Assembly (NCBI GenBank): GCA_045536045.1
Contig: JAZSMU010000006.1
Coordinates: 3,535-67,534, forward strand
Direction: 5' to 3'
Length of the DNA: 64,000 nucleotides
Origin: Candidatus Gastranaerophilales bacterium
GTDB lineage: Bacteria; Cyanobacteriota; Vampirovibrionia; Gastranaerophilales; Gastranaerophilaceae
In this document: positions 30,265 through 38,988 of the stretch, in pieces
How the letters are laid out: each line of letters opens with the position of its first letter
Position numbering within the stretch: position 1 is the first letter of the stretch
Notes under the pieces: model-generated
The model's database searches: none
Told to the model about the DNA's origin: nothing
The model's input: only the letters and a program-made list of their open reading frames with translations
Translations under genes and position numbers: made by a program

Positions 30265-32070
30265 TTATTCTTCTTCGTTTTTAAATTGCATTTCGTAAAG
30301 ATGTTTATATGCACCATTTTCAATATTTAAAAGTTCTTCGTGGGTGCCGACTTCTGCAATTTCTCCATCATTAATAACAACAATTTTATCTGCATTTTTA
30401 ATTGTTGATAGCCTGTGTGCAATAACAAAAACTGTTTTATTTTGCATTAAATTTTCTAATGCCTTTTGAACAATTGCCTCAGATTTATTGTCTAGTGCTG
30501 ATGTTGCCTCATCTAAAATAAGAATTGGAGCATTTTTAATCATTGCTCTTGCAATTGCAACTCTTTGCCTTTGTCCACCAGATAATGATACACCTCGTTC
30601 AGACAATTTAGTATCAATTCCTAAATTATGCTCTGCTAAAACTTCTTCAAGATGGGCTAGTTTAATAACATTATCCAACTCTTCTTCTGTGGCATTTTGC
30701 TTGCCCATCAAGATATTTTCTTTAATTGAGCCAGAGAATAAGAAGTTATCTTGGAAAACTTCTGCGATATTTCCTCTCAGGCTTTCAAGAGTGTAATCTT
30801 TAATGTTAATGTCGTCAATTAAAATTTCGCCTTTTAAAACATCATAAAATCTAGGAATTAAATTTACAACTGTAGATTTTCCACCACCAGAATTTCCAAC
30901 AAGAGCAATTGTTTCGCCTTTTTTTGCTTCTAGGTTAATTCCTTTTAAAACAGGCTTATCTTTTTCGTATTCAAAATAAACATCATTGAATTTTACGCTA
31001 TTTTCAACGCTATTTAGAGTTTTTGCGTTTTCTTTATTTTTAATTTCTGGAACTAGGTCAAATAATTCAAAAACACGGCTCATACAAACAAATACTGCTT
31101 GTAAATTGGTTAAAGTATTTCCTAAATCTTTTGTAGGTTTATAAAGTAATAAAAGTGAAGTTATAAAGCTTGCAAAAGAACCCGTTGTAAGCTCTCCACT
31201 AACAATTAGAGCGTTTCCATATAGCATAACAAAAGCAATGCCAATTGAGGCAATTAGATACATTATAGGGGACATCCAGCCTGTTCTTTTGATTAATGAA
31301 ATATTTAAATCAAAATTTTCTTTAATTTGTGTGTTAAATTTGTTGATTAAATTATTTTGTAAGCCGTAGCCTGTCATAATTTTGTTGCCATGAAAAGTTT
31401 CATTTATGTTTGTGTTGATGTCGCCACCAACAACAGCTGTTGCGTTTGAAACTTGTTTAATTTTCTTTTTAATAAGGGCTAATGGCAAAAATGCACATCC
31501 TAAAATAACAACGCCAACAATGGCTAATTTCCAAGAACTATATAATAAAACTGCAATTAAGCCAATTGAGCTTGTTGCTGCAGTAATTAGAGTTTTAATG
31601 CTATAGATAAAAGCCTTAGAGGCTGCTTCTGGGTCTCCTAGAAAACGCATTAAAACTATTCCAGAGCTATTCATATCATAAAATTTTGAATCAAGAGTTG
31701 TTAATTTTTTAAATAAGTCTATTTTAACTGAATTTGAAATTGTTTGGCTTATCCATTCAATTAAATATGTGTTCAAATATTTTAAAATACCTTGAACAAC
31801 TGCAAAAAGAACAATACCTATTGGGATAATTGATGCTAAAAATGTTCTTGTCAGCGTGAAATCTCCAAATTTCATTTCGTTTCCATTAACAACAACATCA
31901 ATGTAAGGTTTTAGTGCTAGTGCTGTAACGCCATCTAAAAGCCCTAGCGGAATTGCTAGAGAAAACGCAATTATAATTCTAAAAATTAGTGGTTTAATAT
32001 ATGGAAAAATTCTTTTAATTAAAAAAGCATAATCAAAAGAAGTCTTTGCCTGTGTTTGTGATAATTCCAT
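30265..32070 (-). CDS. ABC exporter, fused permease/ATPase (MsbA-like lipid flippase family)
   Basis: An N-terminal 6-TM domain is followed by Walker A GNSGGGKST, signature LSGGQRQR and Walker B ILILDEATS. Confidence 0.9.
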   Translation of the reverse strand: MELSQTQAKTSFDYAFLIKRIFPYIKPLIFRIIIAFSLAIPLGLLDGVTALALKPYIDVVVNGNEMKFGDFTLTRTFLASIIPIGIVLFAVVQGILKYLNTYLIEWISQTISNSVKIDLFKKLTTLDSKFYDMNSSGIVLMRFLGDPEAASKAFIYSIKTLITAATSSIGLIAVLLYSSWKLAIVGVVILGCAFLPLALIKKKIKQVSNATAVVGGDINTNINETFHGNKIMTGYGLQNNLINKFNTQIKENFDLNISLIKRTGWMSPIMYLIASIGIAFVMLYGNALIVSGELTTGSFASFITSLLLLYKPTKDLGNTLTNLQAVFVCMSRVFELFDLVPEIKNKENAKTLNSVENSVKFNDVYFEYEKDKPVLKGINLEAKKGETIALVGNSGGGKSTVVNLIPRFYDVLKGEILIDDINIKDYTLESLRGNIAEVFQDNFLFSGSIKENILMGKQNATEEELDNVIKLAHLEEVLAEHNLGIDTKLSERGVSLSGGQRQRVAIARAMIKNAPILILDEATSALDNKSEAIVQKALENLMQNKTVFVIAHRLSTIKNADKIVVINDGEIAEVGTHEELLNIENGAYKHLYEMQFKNEEE

Positions 32071-32088
32071 TTCAACTCCTTGTTATCT

Positions 32089-32625
32089 TTATTTATTGTC
32101 GCATAAAAATAAAAATAAGGCAGATAATGTTTGTGCTCCAATTGTGTTGCCTAGTTTTTCTTCATTTTTAAGCCAAGTTGGAATATTTTTAATATCAATT
32201 TTTATTCTTTCTTGAATGACACCATTGTCGCTTATGGGTTTCATCATTTCTGTTTCATTTTCAATTTTTGCAAGTAAAACAGAAGACATTTCGTCTGTTA
32301 AGCCAGCTGAGCTTGTTAATTTTTCTGTTAAAATTTCAATTTCATCTGCAACAAGCCCAGTTTCTTCTAAAAGCTCTCTTTTGGCACTTTCAATAATGTT
32401 TTCATTTTCATAAATATCACCAACAAGCCCTGCAGGAAGCTCTATATTAAAACCTTTATGCCCTTCTGAAGTTAGTGGTGGGCGTTTGGTTTTTAGAAAT
32501 AGTATTTCTTTATTTTTTATAACAGGAATAATAATTACAATTGAGCCTGCGTTTCCCCTGTGAGCATAAACCCAGCCATTATTTTCTCTCAATTCCAGAT
32601 ATTTCGTTTTGTGTAAAATTTTCAT
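32089..32625 (-). CDS. NUDIX hydrolase (ADP-ribose pyrophosphatase-like)
   Basis: The Nudix box is GLVGDIYENENIIESAKRELLEETG. Confidence 0.85.
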   Translation of the reverse strand: MKILHKTKYLELRENNGWVYAHRGNAGSIVIIIPVIKNKEILFLKTKRPPLTSEGHKGFNIELPAGLVGDIYENENIIESAKRELLEETGLVADEIEILTEKLTSSAGLTDEMSSVLLAKIENETEMMKPISDNGVIQERIKIDIKNIPTWLKNEEKLGNTIGAQTLSALFLFLCDNK

Positions 32626-32666
32626 AAATTAATAATATAATTTAATTCTTCATAAGGCAAATTATT

Positions 32667-32690
32667 AAAAAAAAGAGGGCAATGCCCTCT
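32667..32690 (-). terminator. Strong rho-independent terminator ending the 209-aa gene
   Basis: On the minus strand the sequence reads aagagggcattgccctcttTTTTTTTT. Confidence 0.8.
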
Positions 32691-32694
32691 TGGA

Positions 32695-33324
32695 TTACAA
32701 ATTAAACAAACTCATTAGAACAGACTTTGTTATATCTCCTAATTCTTCCGATAAATTTGCATAAGAATTTCTTGAATTATTTGAATACGAACCATTGTTA
32801 CTCCTTGTGGTATTTCCTGAAGTGTTTTCTAAAAATTGAAGTTGATAATCATTCAAAAAATTCAAATAATCATATCTTCTATCTAGTTCCTCATCAATAA
32901 GCTCAGATTCTTTTGCCTTAATATCCTCACTCAGTGCTGCAACGGATTTTGCCCTTTTGTCTTCTAGTGAATTAAGTTTGTCTAGAAAAATTGAATTATC
33001 TAAGCTTCCAAATCTTGATGCAATATCGTTTTGTAGATTTTTAATCATTGGAGTATAGATTTCATCAATTTTTGCTATTCCACTTTTTGTGTATGCGTCA
33101 ATTTGCTCATTTAGAGAATTTAATGTTTTTTCAGAAAATACATTAATATCATCAATATTTTCTGCAAACTCTCTTTCGGCATATTCATACGCTAATTTTT
33201 CCCAAGGAGACATTGTGTAGTTGCTAGCAATATTGCCATTCTCGTCTACTACACTATGAATTTTCGGTGCTCCATTTAGGCTAATTGTTCTGCTCCATGA
33301 GTTGTTTTTGCTTGTTTTAGACAT
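32695..33324 (-). CDS. Hypothetical 209-aa protein, predicted coiled-coil with an Asn/Ser-rich tail
   Basis: A strong SD (AAAGGAGG) precedes the ATG. Heptad-like helical segments are followed by ..TSGNTTRSNNGSYSNNSRNSY... Confidence 0.7.
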   Translation of the reverse strand: MSKTSKNNSWSRTISLNGAPKIHSVVDENGNIASNYTMSPWEKLAYEYAEREFAENIDDINVFSEKTLNSLNEQIDAYTKSGIAKIDEIYTPMIKNLQNDIASRFGSLDNSIFLDKLNSLEDKRAKSVAALSEDIKAKESELIDEELDRRYDYLNFLNDYQLQFLENTSGNTTRSNNGSYSNNSRNSYANLSEELGDITKSVLMSLFNL

Positions 33325-33444
33325 TTTTCCTCCTTTTTTTATTATTAACTAGAGGCGAAATGCCAAAAATTGGTGTTGCACTTTTATATTATCAAAATTT
33401 GAGAAAAAGTATATTGGTAAAAATACCTAATTTAGCTCAAAATA

Positions 33445-35733
33445 TTATATTTTTTTAATTCCTGAAATTGTTGGGTCTAAAAGCCTTTTGCCTACTTGAG
33501 AAAATTCAATTTGCAAAAGAGTTTTATTTGAATACTCAACAACTTGAATAATTGTTCCTTGACCATATTTTTCATGAATAACTTTTTCGCCTTCAGAATA
33601 ACTTACATTGTTGTTATCTTCTGTTGTTGAATAGTCTTCAATGTAGCCGTTTGTGTATCTAATTGTTTCATCATCTAGTGGGCTATCTAGGTCAAATTGC
33701 TCAATTTCTTCTTCAGAAATTAGCTCTTCTTCTTTTACTTCGGCTATTTCTTCAATAATTTCTTCTGTTTCTTTTTCTGTTTTTTCTTCAATTTCATTTA
33801 AAATGTTAAATTCGTCTTCTTCTTTATCAAAAAGCTCTGGAGAAACATTATTTTGAGCTTCAGCTTCAACTGTTTCGTCTTTTGCTTCTTCTTCGTTTAA
33901 CATTTCATCAAATGCAATTTCAACAGATTCATTAACTAAATCTTCCATTTCAGAATCAGAAAAATCAGCTTCATTTTCTTTAACTTCTTCAACAGTTTCA
34001 TTTTTTTCAACTGTTTCAGGAGTGTCTACATTTGCATTTTCAAGATTAATTTCATCTAGAGTGTTTAAAAAGTCATCTGAAAATGTTTCTTTTTCTTCTT
34101 CAACAATTTCTTCAATTTTTTCTATTTCAGTTTTTTCTTCAACTTCTTCTTGGTTATCAAAAAAGTCTAATTCATCTTCTGAAATTATATTTTCAATATT
34201 GAAATCATCCTCAATAGTTTCAATTACAACATTTTGAGTTTGTTCGTTTTCTTGTTTCTTTTCTTCTTGAATTTCTTCAACAACTTCTCTATGAATTTCA
34301 ACAATTTCTTCCCTTGTAATTTTTTCTGGTTTAAGTTGAATTGTTGTTTGTGGGTCTGCATTTTTGTTATACAAAAAGCCATCTACAATGTTTTCAATTT
34401 CTTTTGCTTTTTGTTCTCTAAGGCTTTCAATTTTTTCTTTTACTCTTTTGTTTTTAATAACATCACCCTCAAGAGTAACTTTTGCCTCAAATTTGTCGCT
34501 ATTATCAATTTCTAATATTTCATCTTCAATTTTTATGTTTTTAACTATAAAGCCAAAATTGTTTGTGTCATCCCCAAGTAGTAAAACATTTCTTTTTGAA
34601 AGTGATGAAATAATTTCTTCAAAATATCCAAAATCCTTTTTAGGGTTGAGGCTAGGTGTTAAAATATAATTGTAGCTATTTTCGCAAACTAAAGGCATTT
34701 TGCTAAATGTATGAGAAATTGCAGGAATTAATTTGAATTGTCTTTTTGGATTAATTGCATATTTGATTAATTCTGCATCATAATTTACTTCATTTACTCT
34801 TAAGAATACGAAAGTTTCTGTTTTAATACTTTTTAAAACAAATTCAATAAATTCTTTTTGCCATAAATTTTTAATATTAGACATATCAACAACAGTGGTT
34901 CTTGATGTATTCATAATATCTAGTGCAGATTTGAAATCTGATTTTCTATTAGCAAAAATTTCATCTTGTTGATATTTGATAAGTCTGTTTTTTAGAAGCA
35001 ACAATTCTCTAATTGGAGTTACTTTAAATTGTTTTGCAATAACTTTTATGAAGTGGTTAAAAGGAATGAAACCATCTTTTGTAAGTTTTGCATAATTTTT
35101 AACTTCATTAAAAATTTCATCAACAATGGCTTGAGTTTCAACTCTTGCACCGATTAAGATTTTTTCCCAAATTCTGTCAATCACAAAGCTGTTTAATGGA
35201 AGTTTAAAATCAATTTTTGCTTTAATTTTTTGGCTCGCAGGTATTTCAATACCGCCTGTAAAATCAAAAACAACAACTTTTTTGTGAGAATTTAATCTTC
35301 TTGCTAAGTGTGTTGTTAAATAATTATATTCATTGATTTTGTCGCAGAAAATTACGGCATTATTTTCAAAGAAATTAACATTTAATTCAAAATTTCTGCA
35401 ATTTTTGGCATCTTCGCCAATTGTAATTGTTTTTTTATTTTGGTTAACAAAGTTTAAAATTTCTCTTTGGTTCGCAAATAAAACTTCTGCGTGCTTGTTT
35501 GGCAATTGTCTTGTGTATTCAACAATTTCGCCAAGAGCATTTATTGTGTGCATTAATTTAATTTTTGCAATATTTTTTTCGTGGTCAAATTTGTCGTCTG
35601 TTATTTCAACAACTTGCCCAAGATAGCACATTTTGCCATCTCTAACCAACATAAAGTCTGCCAAGCTAATGTTTTCAAACTCTGGCGTGTATAAAACTTT
35701 TATGAAATCGTTTAGTATTTGGATAATTTGCAT
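33445..35733 (-). CDS. 762-aa protein: HerA-like barrel/ATPase-shaped N-terminal region without a Walker A, polyacidic linker, UvrD/PcrA-like C-terminal Tudor motif
   Basis: The N-terminus reads ..FMLVRDGKMCYLGQVVEIT.. then ..NAVIFCDKINEYNYLTTHLARRL..KKVVVFDFTGG.., with no GxxxxGK[ST] anywhere. Residues ~470-710 are Glu/Asp-rich. The C-terminus is GEKVIHEKYGQGTIIQVVEYSNKTLLQIEFSQVGKRLL. Confidence 0.8.
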   Translation of the reverse strand: MQIIQILNDFIKVLYTPEFENISLADFMLVRDGKMCYLGQVVEITDDKFDHEKNIAKIKLMHTINALGEIVEYTRQLPNKHAEVLFANQREILNFVNQNKKTITIGEDAKNCRNFELNVNFFENNAVIFCDKINEYNYLTTHLARRLNSHKKVVVFDFTGGIEIPASQKIKAKIDFKLPLNSFVIDRIWEKILIGARVETQAIVDEIFNEVKNYAKLTKDGFIPFNHFIKVIAKQFKVTPIRELLLLKNRLIKYQQDEIFANRKSDFKSALDIMNTSRTTVVDMSNIKNLWQKEFIEFVLKSIKTETFVFLRVNEVNYDAELIKYAINPKRQFKLIPAISHTFSKMPLVCENSYNYILTPSLNPKKDFGYFEEIISSLSKRNVLLLGDDTNNFGFIVKNIKIEDEILEIDNSDKFEAKVTLEGDVIKNKRVKEKIESLREQKAKEIENIVDGFLYNKNADPQTTIQLKPEKITREEIVEIHREVVEEIQEEKKQENEQTQNVVIETIEDDFNIENIISEDELDFFDNQEEVEEKTEIEKIEEIVEEEKETFSDDFLNTLDEINLENANVDTPETVEKNETVEEVKENEADFSDSEMEDLVNESVEIAFDEMLNEEEAKDETVEAEAQNNVSPELFDKEEDEFNILNEIEEKTEKETEEIIEEIAEVKEEELISEEEIEQFDLDSPLDDETIRYTNGYIEDYSTTEDNNNVSYSEGEKVIHEKYGQGTIIQVVEYSNKTLLQIEFSQVGKRLLDPTISGIKKI
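33604..34326 (-). other. Low-complexity GAA/GAG-rich segment encoding the ~240-aa polyacidic linker of the 762-aa protein
   Basis: Seen by direct translation. It also explains the Ser/Phe-rich shadow ORFs on the plus strand. Confidence 0.85.
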
Positions 35734-35765
35734 ATGCTTTTTGAAGTCTCAACCGTAATGAGTTC

Positions 35766-35793
35766 ATTATAACAAAAGCAAAATAAATGTAAA
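35766..35793 (-). promoter_or_regulatory. Strong promoter TTTACA-16 nt-(TGt)TATAAT for the 762-aa gene
   Basis: The minus strand reads tttaca tttattttgcttttgt tataat, which includes an extended -10 TG. It lies directly after the TOPRIM gene's stop. Confidence 0.55.
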
Positions 35794-35794
35794 A

Positions 35795-36766
35795 TTATAT
35801 CTTAAGGACGCTTAATATATTTTTATTTAATTTTTCAAAACTATATGTTTTTTTGCTTGTTTCAACATATTTTTCAATTAAATGTGCAAATTCTGCTTTT
35901 TTAAAATCGCCCAAACCTCTTGTTCTATATATTTCAGATAATGATTTTGTATTTTTTTCAACAAATTCAGCTTTTTTAATTTTTTCTTTTAATTCATATT
36001 TAAAATTTTCATTCAAAGCGTCAATTATAAGCTCTAGTGGAATTATATCTTCAAATTCTCCAATTTTAATTAAGCAAAGCTTGTCTTCTTTTCTTAATTT
36101 TTCTTCTAATATTTTTTTAATTTCTTCTGCATCATTATCTAAAAGAATTTTTATTGGAAGCTTAATTTCTTCTAAAAGTTTTAAATATTTTTTCCCAACT
36201 TGGTTTTTGCCACCTGCTTGCATTACAAAAGCACCATTTTCAAAAAAATCTACATCAAGACACTTAGACAATTTTGGAAGCAAGATTTCTTCCGTTATCC
36301 CTTCTGCTAAAATAATTTCTTCAACTGGGTAAAAGCTTTGTGCTTCTTTTCTTAAAATGTTATTTTTGCTATTTTTGTTTTGGTTTTTTAAGATGAGAAA
36401 CTTAATGGCAGGATAAGTATTTTCATCTTCAATTGTTTTTAAAAGGGCATTAAAATTTATTGTATTTTTTAAATATTTTTCGCTTTCTTTATTTTGCAAA
36501 AAGCATTTTTTCTCAATATCATTAATGAAACTTTTAATATAGTTATCATCTTGCATATCGCAAGTTGAGTTATTGATAATTTTGCTTACCAATTCTATTC
36601 TATCTTCAAGAGTTAAATTTTCTTTTTCTTTGCTGTTTTCAAAAATACAATATTTATTTAAAATATCCTTAAAAACTCTTGAATATTTTTCTTCTGTTGA
36701 TTTAAATCTTAAAAGCCTTTCGGTTGATATAATAAGGTATTTAATTGGTATTTTTTTAAATTTCAT
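35795..36766 (-). CDS. Stand-alone OLD-family-type TOPRIM domain protein (no ATPase domain)
   Basis: Contains ..VEEIILAEGITEEILLPKL.. (TOPRIM Glu), ..MQAGGKNQVGKKYLKLLEEIKLPIKILLDNDAEE.. (DxD) and a helical N-terminal ~145 aa with no recognisable motif. Confidence 0.7.
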   Translation of the reverse strand: MKFKKIPIKYLIISTERLLRFKSTEEKYSRVFKDILNKYCIFENSKEKENLTLEDRIELVSKIINNSTCDMQDDNYIKSFINDIEKKCFLQNKESEKYLKNTINFNALLKTIEDENTYPAIKFLILKNQNKNSKNNILRKEAQSFYPVEEIILAEGITEEILLPKLSKCLDVDFFENGAFVMQAGGKNQVGKKYLKLLEEIKLPIKILLDNDAEEIKKILEEKLRKEDKLCLIKIGEFEDIIPLELIIDALNENFKYELKEKIKKAEFVEKNTKSLSEIYRTRGLGDFKKAEFAHLIEKYVETSKKTYSFEKLNKNILSVLKI

Positions 36767-36775
36767 ATTAAATAA

Positions 36776-36804
36776 ATTGTAAATTAAAATGAGATTTATG
36801 GCAA
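36776..36804 (-). promoter_or_regulatory. Promoter TTGCCA-17 nt-TACAAT, 9 nt upstream of the TOPRIM gene ATG
   Basis: The minus strand reads ttgcca taaatctcattttaatt tacaat ttatttaat ATG. There is no SD. Confidence 0.5.
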
Positions 36805-36848
36805 TTTTTTAACCTTTCTGGTTTTTAAATTAATAAGTAGGGAAATTT

Positions 36849-38186
36849 ATGATTAATAGCGTATCTTTAGGTAATATTTCAAATACTAAAAATACAACAC
36901 CTCTTCAAATTAAAAAGCAAGAGGCGACACCTACTTTTGGAAAATTATTCTCACTTAGAAGCTCAAAAAACATTTCAAATGTTTATCAACAAAACCCTAT
37001 TAGAACAAAGCTAACTCAAAATGAACAATATCTATATACGGAAATTGTTAAGGCTGTTTCTAATGCTCAAAATGAAGACAAAAGTGTTCATAATGAGAAA
37101 TATTCTCAAGCTCAAAAATTGAACATTCTTTTGATGAATGGAAAACTTTTAAATTCATCTTCAAATGACGGAACAACAACTTTAGAAAATTTATATAAAA
37201 TTTTATCAACAGAAAGAATTAAAGGTTTTTCAAATGTAAAACTTTTAAATCAAACAATTGACGCTATTTTTGACCCTACTATCATCACTCAAAAATTTGG
37301 AGATATCCCTACTCCTGTTAAGTCAGTTTTAAGTGCCGAACCAGCCATTGTTCAATCAACAGACACAAAATTAAAATCAATTAATGTTGATGAAGTTGGC
37401 AGTGGAACTTGTGCTGCAACAAGCATTGAATACAATATGGCAAATAAAATGCCTGCAGAATTTGCAAGATGGGCAAATGAATTATCAAGCCCTAAATTTT
37501 CTGTTTCGCAAAATGTTAAATCTTCAGCACTATCTAAAAACCCATTAGAAACTTTGGAATTATTCAAATATTTCAAATTCCAGCCAAACAAAATTAATTT
37601 TGATAGCTACAATTTTGAGCTAAGACCAGATAATAATGCAATTTTAAGAGCATATGTTCAAAATGAATACTATGATTCTGGAGAACGTTCTGTAATTGAT
37701 GTTTTAATGCAATCAACAATTATGAATATGGGCTCTCGTGGAACATATAATTCCTTAAATGACGCAAGACACTCTGATGATGTTGCAGAGGGGCTTCAAG
37801 AACATGAAAAAACATTTATGGAATCTATTATTGCAAACAAAGAAAAACTTACTCTAACATATATGACAATTGCGTCTGATAACGAAACAATTCAATCTAG
37901 AAGATGTTCAAACTCTAAAATTGAAAAACACTTAAAAGACGCATTAGCTATGGGTGAAGATGTAATTATTGGTTATAGAGATACATATCAAGGAAATGTT
38001 TTCTGGCATGAAATTACAATTTCTGGAATGAAAAAAGATAAATTAGGTAGAACAATTTTCTTATGTAATGACACAGACGACAACAAAAACCAATTGTTTG
38101 AATGGAAGGCCTCTGATTTAATTCCAAAAATTCATCATGCAACTTATCCAGCTCAACTTGTTGAAAACGAATATGCCTTAATTTAA
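36849..38186 (+). CDS. Hypothetical 445-aa protein; possible papain-like cysteine peptidase fold in the C-terminal part
   Basis: Candidate triad residues are ..VGSGTCAATSIEYN.. (Cys188), ..GNVFWHEITISG.. (His387) and ..FLCNDTDD... There is no signal peptide. Confidence 0.7.
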   Translation: MINSVSLGNISNTKNTTPLQIKKQEATPTFGKLFSLRSSKNISNVYQQNPIRTKLTQNEQYLYTEIVKAVSNAQNEDKSVHNEKYSQAQKLNILLMNGKLLNSSSNDGTTTLENLYKILSTERIKGFSNVKLLNQTIDAIFDPTIITQKFGDIPTPVKSVLSAEPAIVQSTDTKLKSINVDEVGSGTCAATSIEYNMANKMPAEFARWANELSSPKFSVSQNVKSSALSKNPLETLELFKYFKFQPNKINFDSYNFELRPDNNAILRAYVQNEYYDSGERSVIDVLMQSTIMNMGSRGTYNSLNDARHSDDVAEGLQEHEKTFMESIIANKEKLTLTYMTIASDNETIQSRRCSNSKIEKHLKDALAMGEDVIIGYRDTYQGNVFWHEITISGMKKDKLGRTIFLCNDTDDNKNQLFEWKASDLIPKIHHATYPAQLVENEYALI

Positions 38187-38205
38187 TGACAGAATCCTTT
38201 ATTTT

Positions 38206-38214
38206 TGCTAATAT
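38206..38214 (+). promoter_or_regulatory. Extended -10 element TGcTAATAT, 6 nt upstream of ATG 38221 (leaderless geometry)
   Basis: Reads tTGcTAATATagcattATG with no SD. Confidence 0.4.
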
Positions 38215-38220
38215 AGCATT

Positions 38221-38988
38221 ATGATTATAGATTCTCATGCGCATATAGATTTTTTTGAAAATCCAGATGAAATAATTAAAAGGTCTTTTGAGGCTGGGGT
38301 TGGAAATATAATAATTCCATCATCTGACCCTCGTGATTTTTCTCGCATTATTGATATTTGCAACAGGTATCCATCAATTTATTGGACACCTGGCGTGCAC
38401 CCAACCGAAGTTGAAAACTTTAGCGAAAATACACTAAAAGAAATTGCAAAATACGTGAAAGAAGACAAAAATGTTGTTGGACTTGGCGAAATTGGGCTAG
38501 ATTATCATTATTCAAAAGAAAACAAAGAAGAGCAAATTAGAGTGTTTAAGCTTCATTTAGAGCTTGCTGAAGCTTTAGGCTTGCCTGTTGTAATTCATGA
38601 TAGAGAAGCTCATAAAGACACAATGGATATTCTTGCTTCATATAAACTTAAAAAAGTTGTTATGCATTGCTATTCTGGTTCATTAGAGCTTGCCAAAGAA
38701 GCATATAATAGGGGCTACTATTTCGGCATAGGTGGTGTTGTTACATTTAAAAACGCAAAGACATTAAAAGAAGTTGTTGAATGGCTTCCACTGAATAGAA
38801 TTATGCTTGAAACAGATTGTCCATATCTAACTCCACATCCATTTAGAGGGGAGCAAAATGAGCCATCTTATTTAAAATTTGTAATAGCCGAAATTGCAAA
38901 TTTAAAAGATTTACCAAAAGAAATTATAGAAGAAGAAACTACAAAAAATTCATTAGAGTTTTTTAATATAAAGGAGAATAATGGCTAA
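38221..38988 (+). CDS. TatD-family metal-dependent hydrolase/DNase
   Basis: Contains MIIDSHAHIDF, GEIGLDYHY, VIHDREAH and ETDCPYLTP. Confidence 0.92.
   Translation: MIIDSHAHIDFFENPDEIIKRSFEAGVGNIIIPSSDPRDFSRIIDICNRYPSIYWTPGVHPTEVENFSENTLKEIAKYVKEDKNVVGLGEIGLDYHYSKENKEEQIRVFKLHLELAEALGLPVVIHDREAHKDTMDILASYKLKKVVMHCYSGSLELAKEAYNRGYYFGIGGVVTFKNAKTLKEVVEWLPLNRIMLETDCPYLTPHPFRGEQNEPSYLKFVIAEIANLKDLPKEIIEEETTKNSLEFFNIKENNG

Noticed and set aside
33653-34669. Four plus-strand ORFs (33653-33856, 34022-34237, 34234-34515, 34364-34669) encoding Ser/Phe-rich peptides
   Set aside because: They are antisense shadows of the GAA/GAG-rich acidic linker of the 762-aa minus-strand gene. They are low complexity and have no SD.
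35853-36782. Plus-strand ORFs 35853-36332 and 36573-36782
   Set aside because: They are antisense to the TOPRIM gene and give Ser/Phe/Ile low-complexity products.
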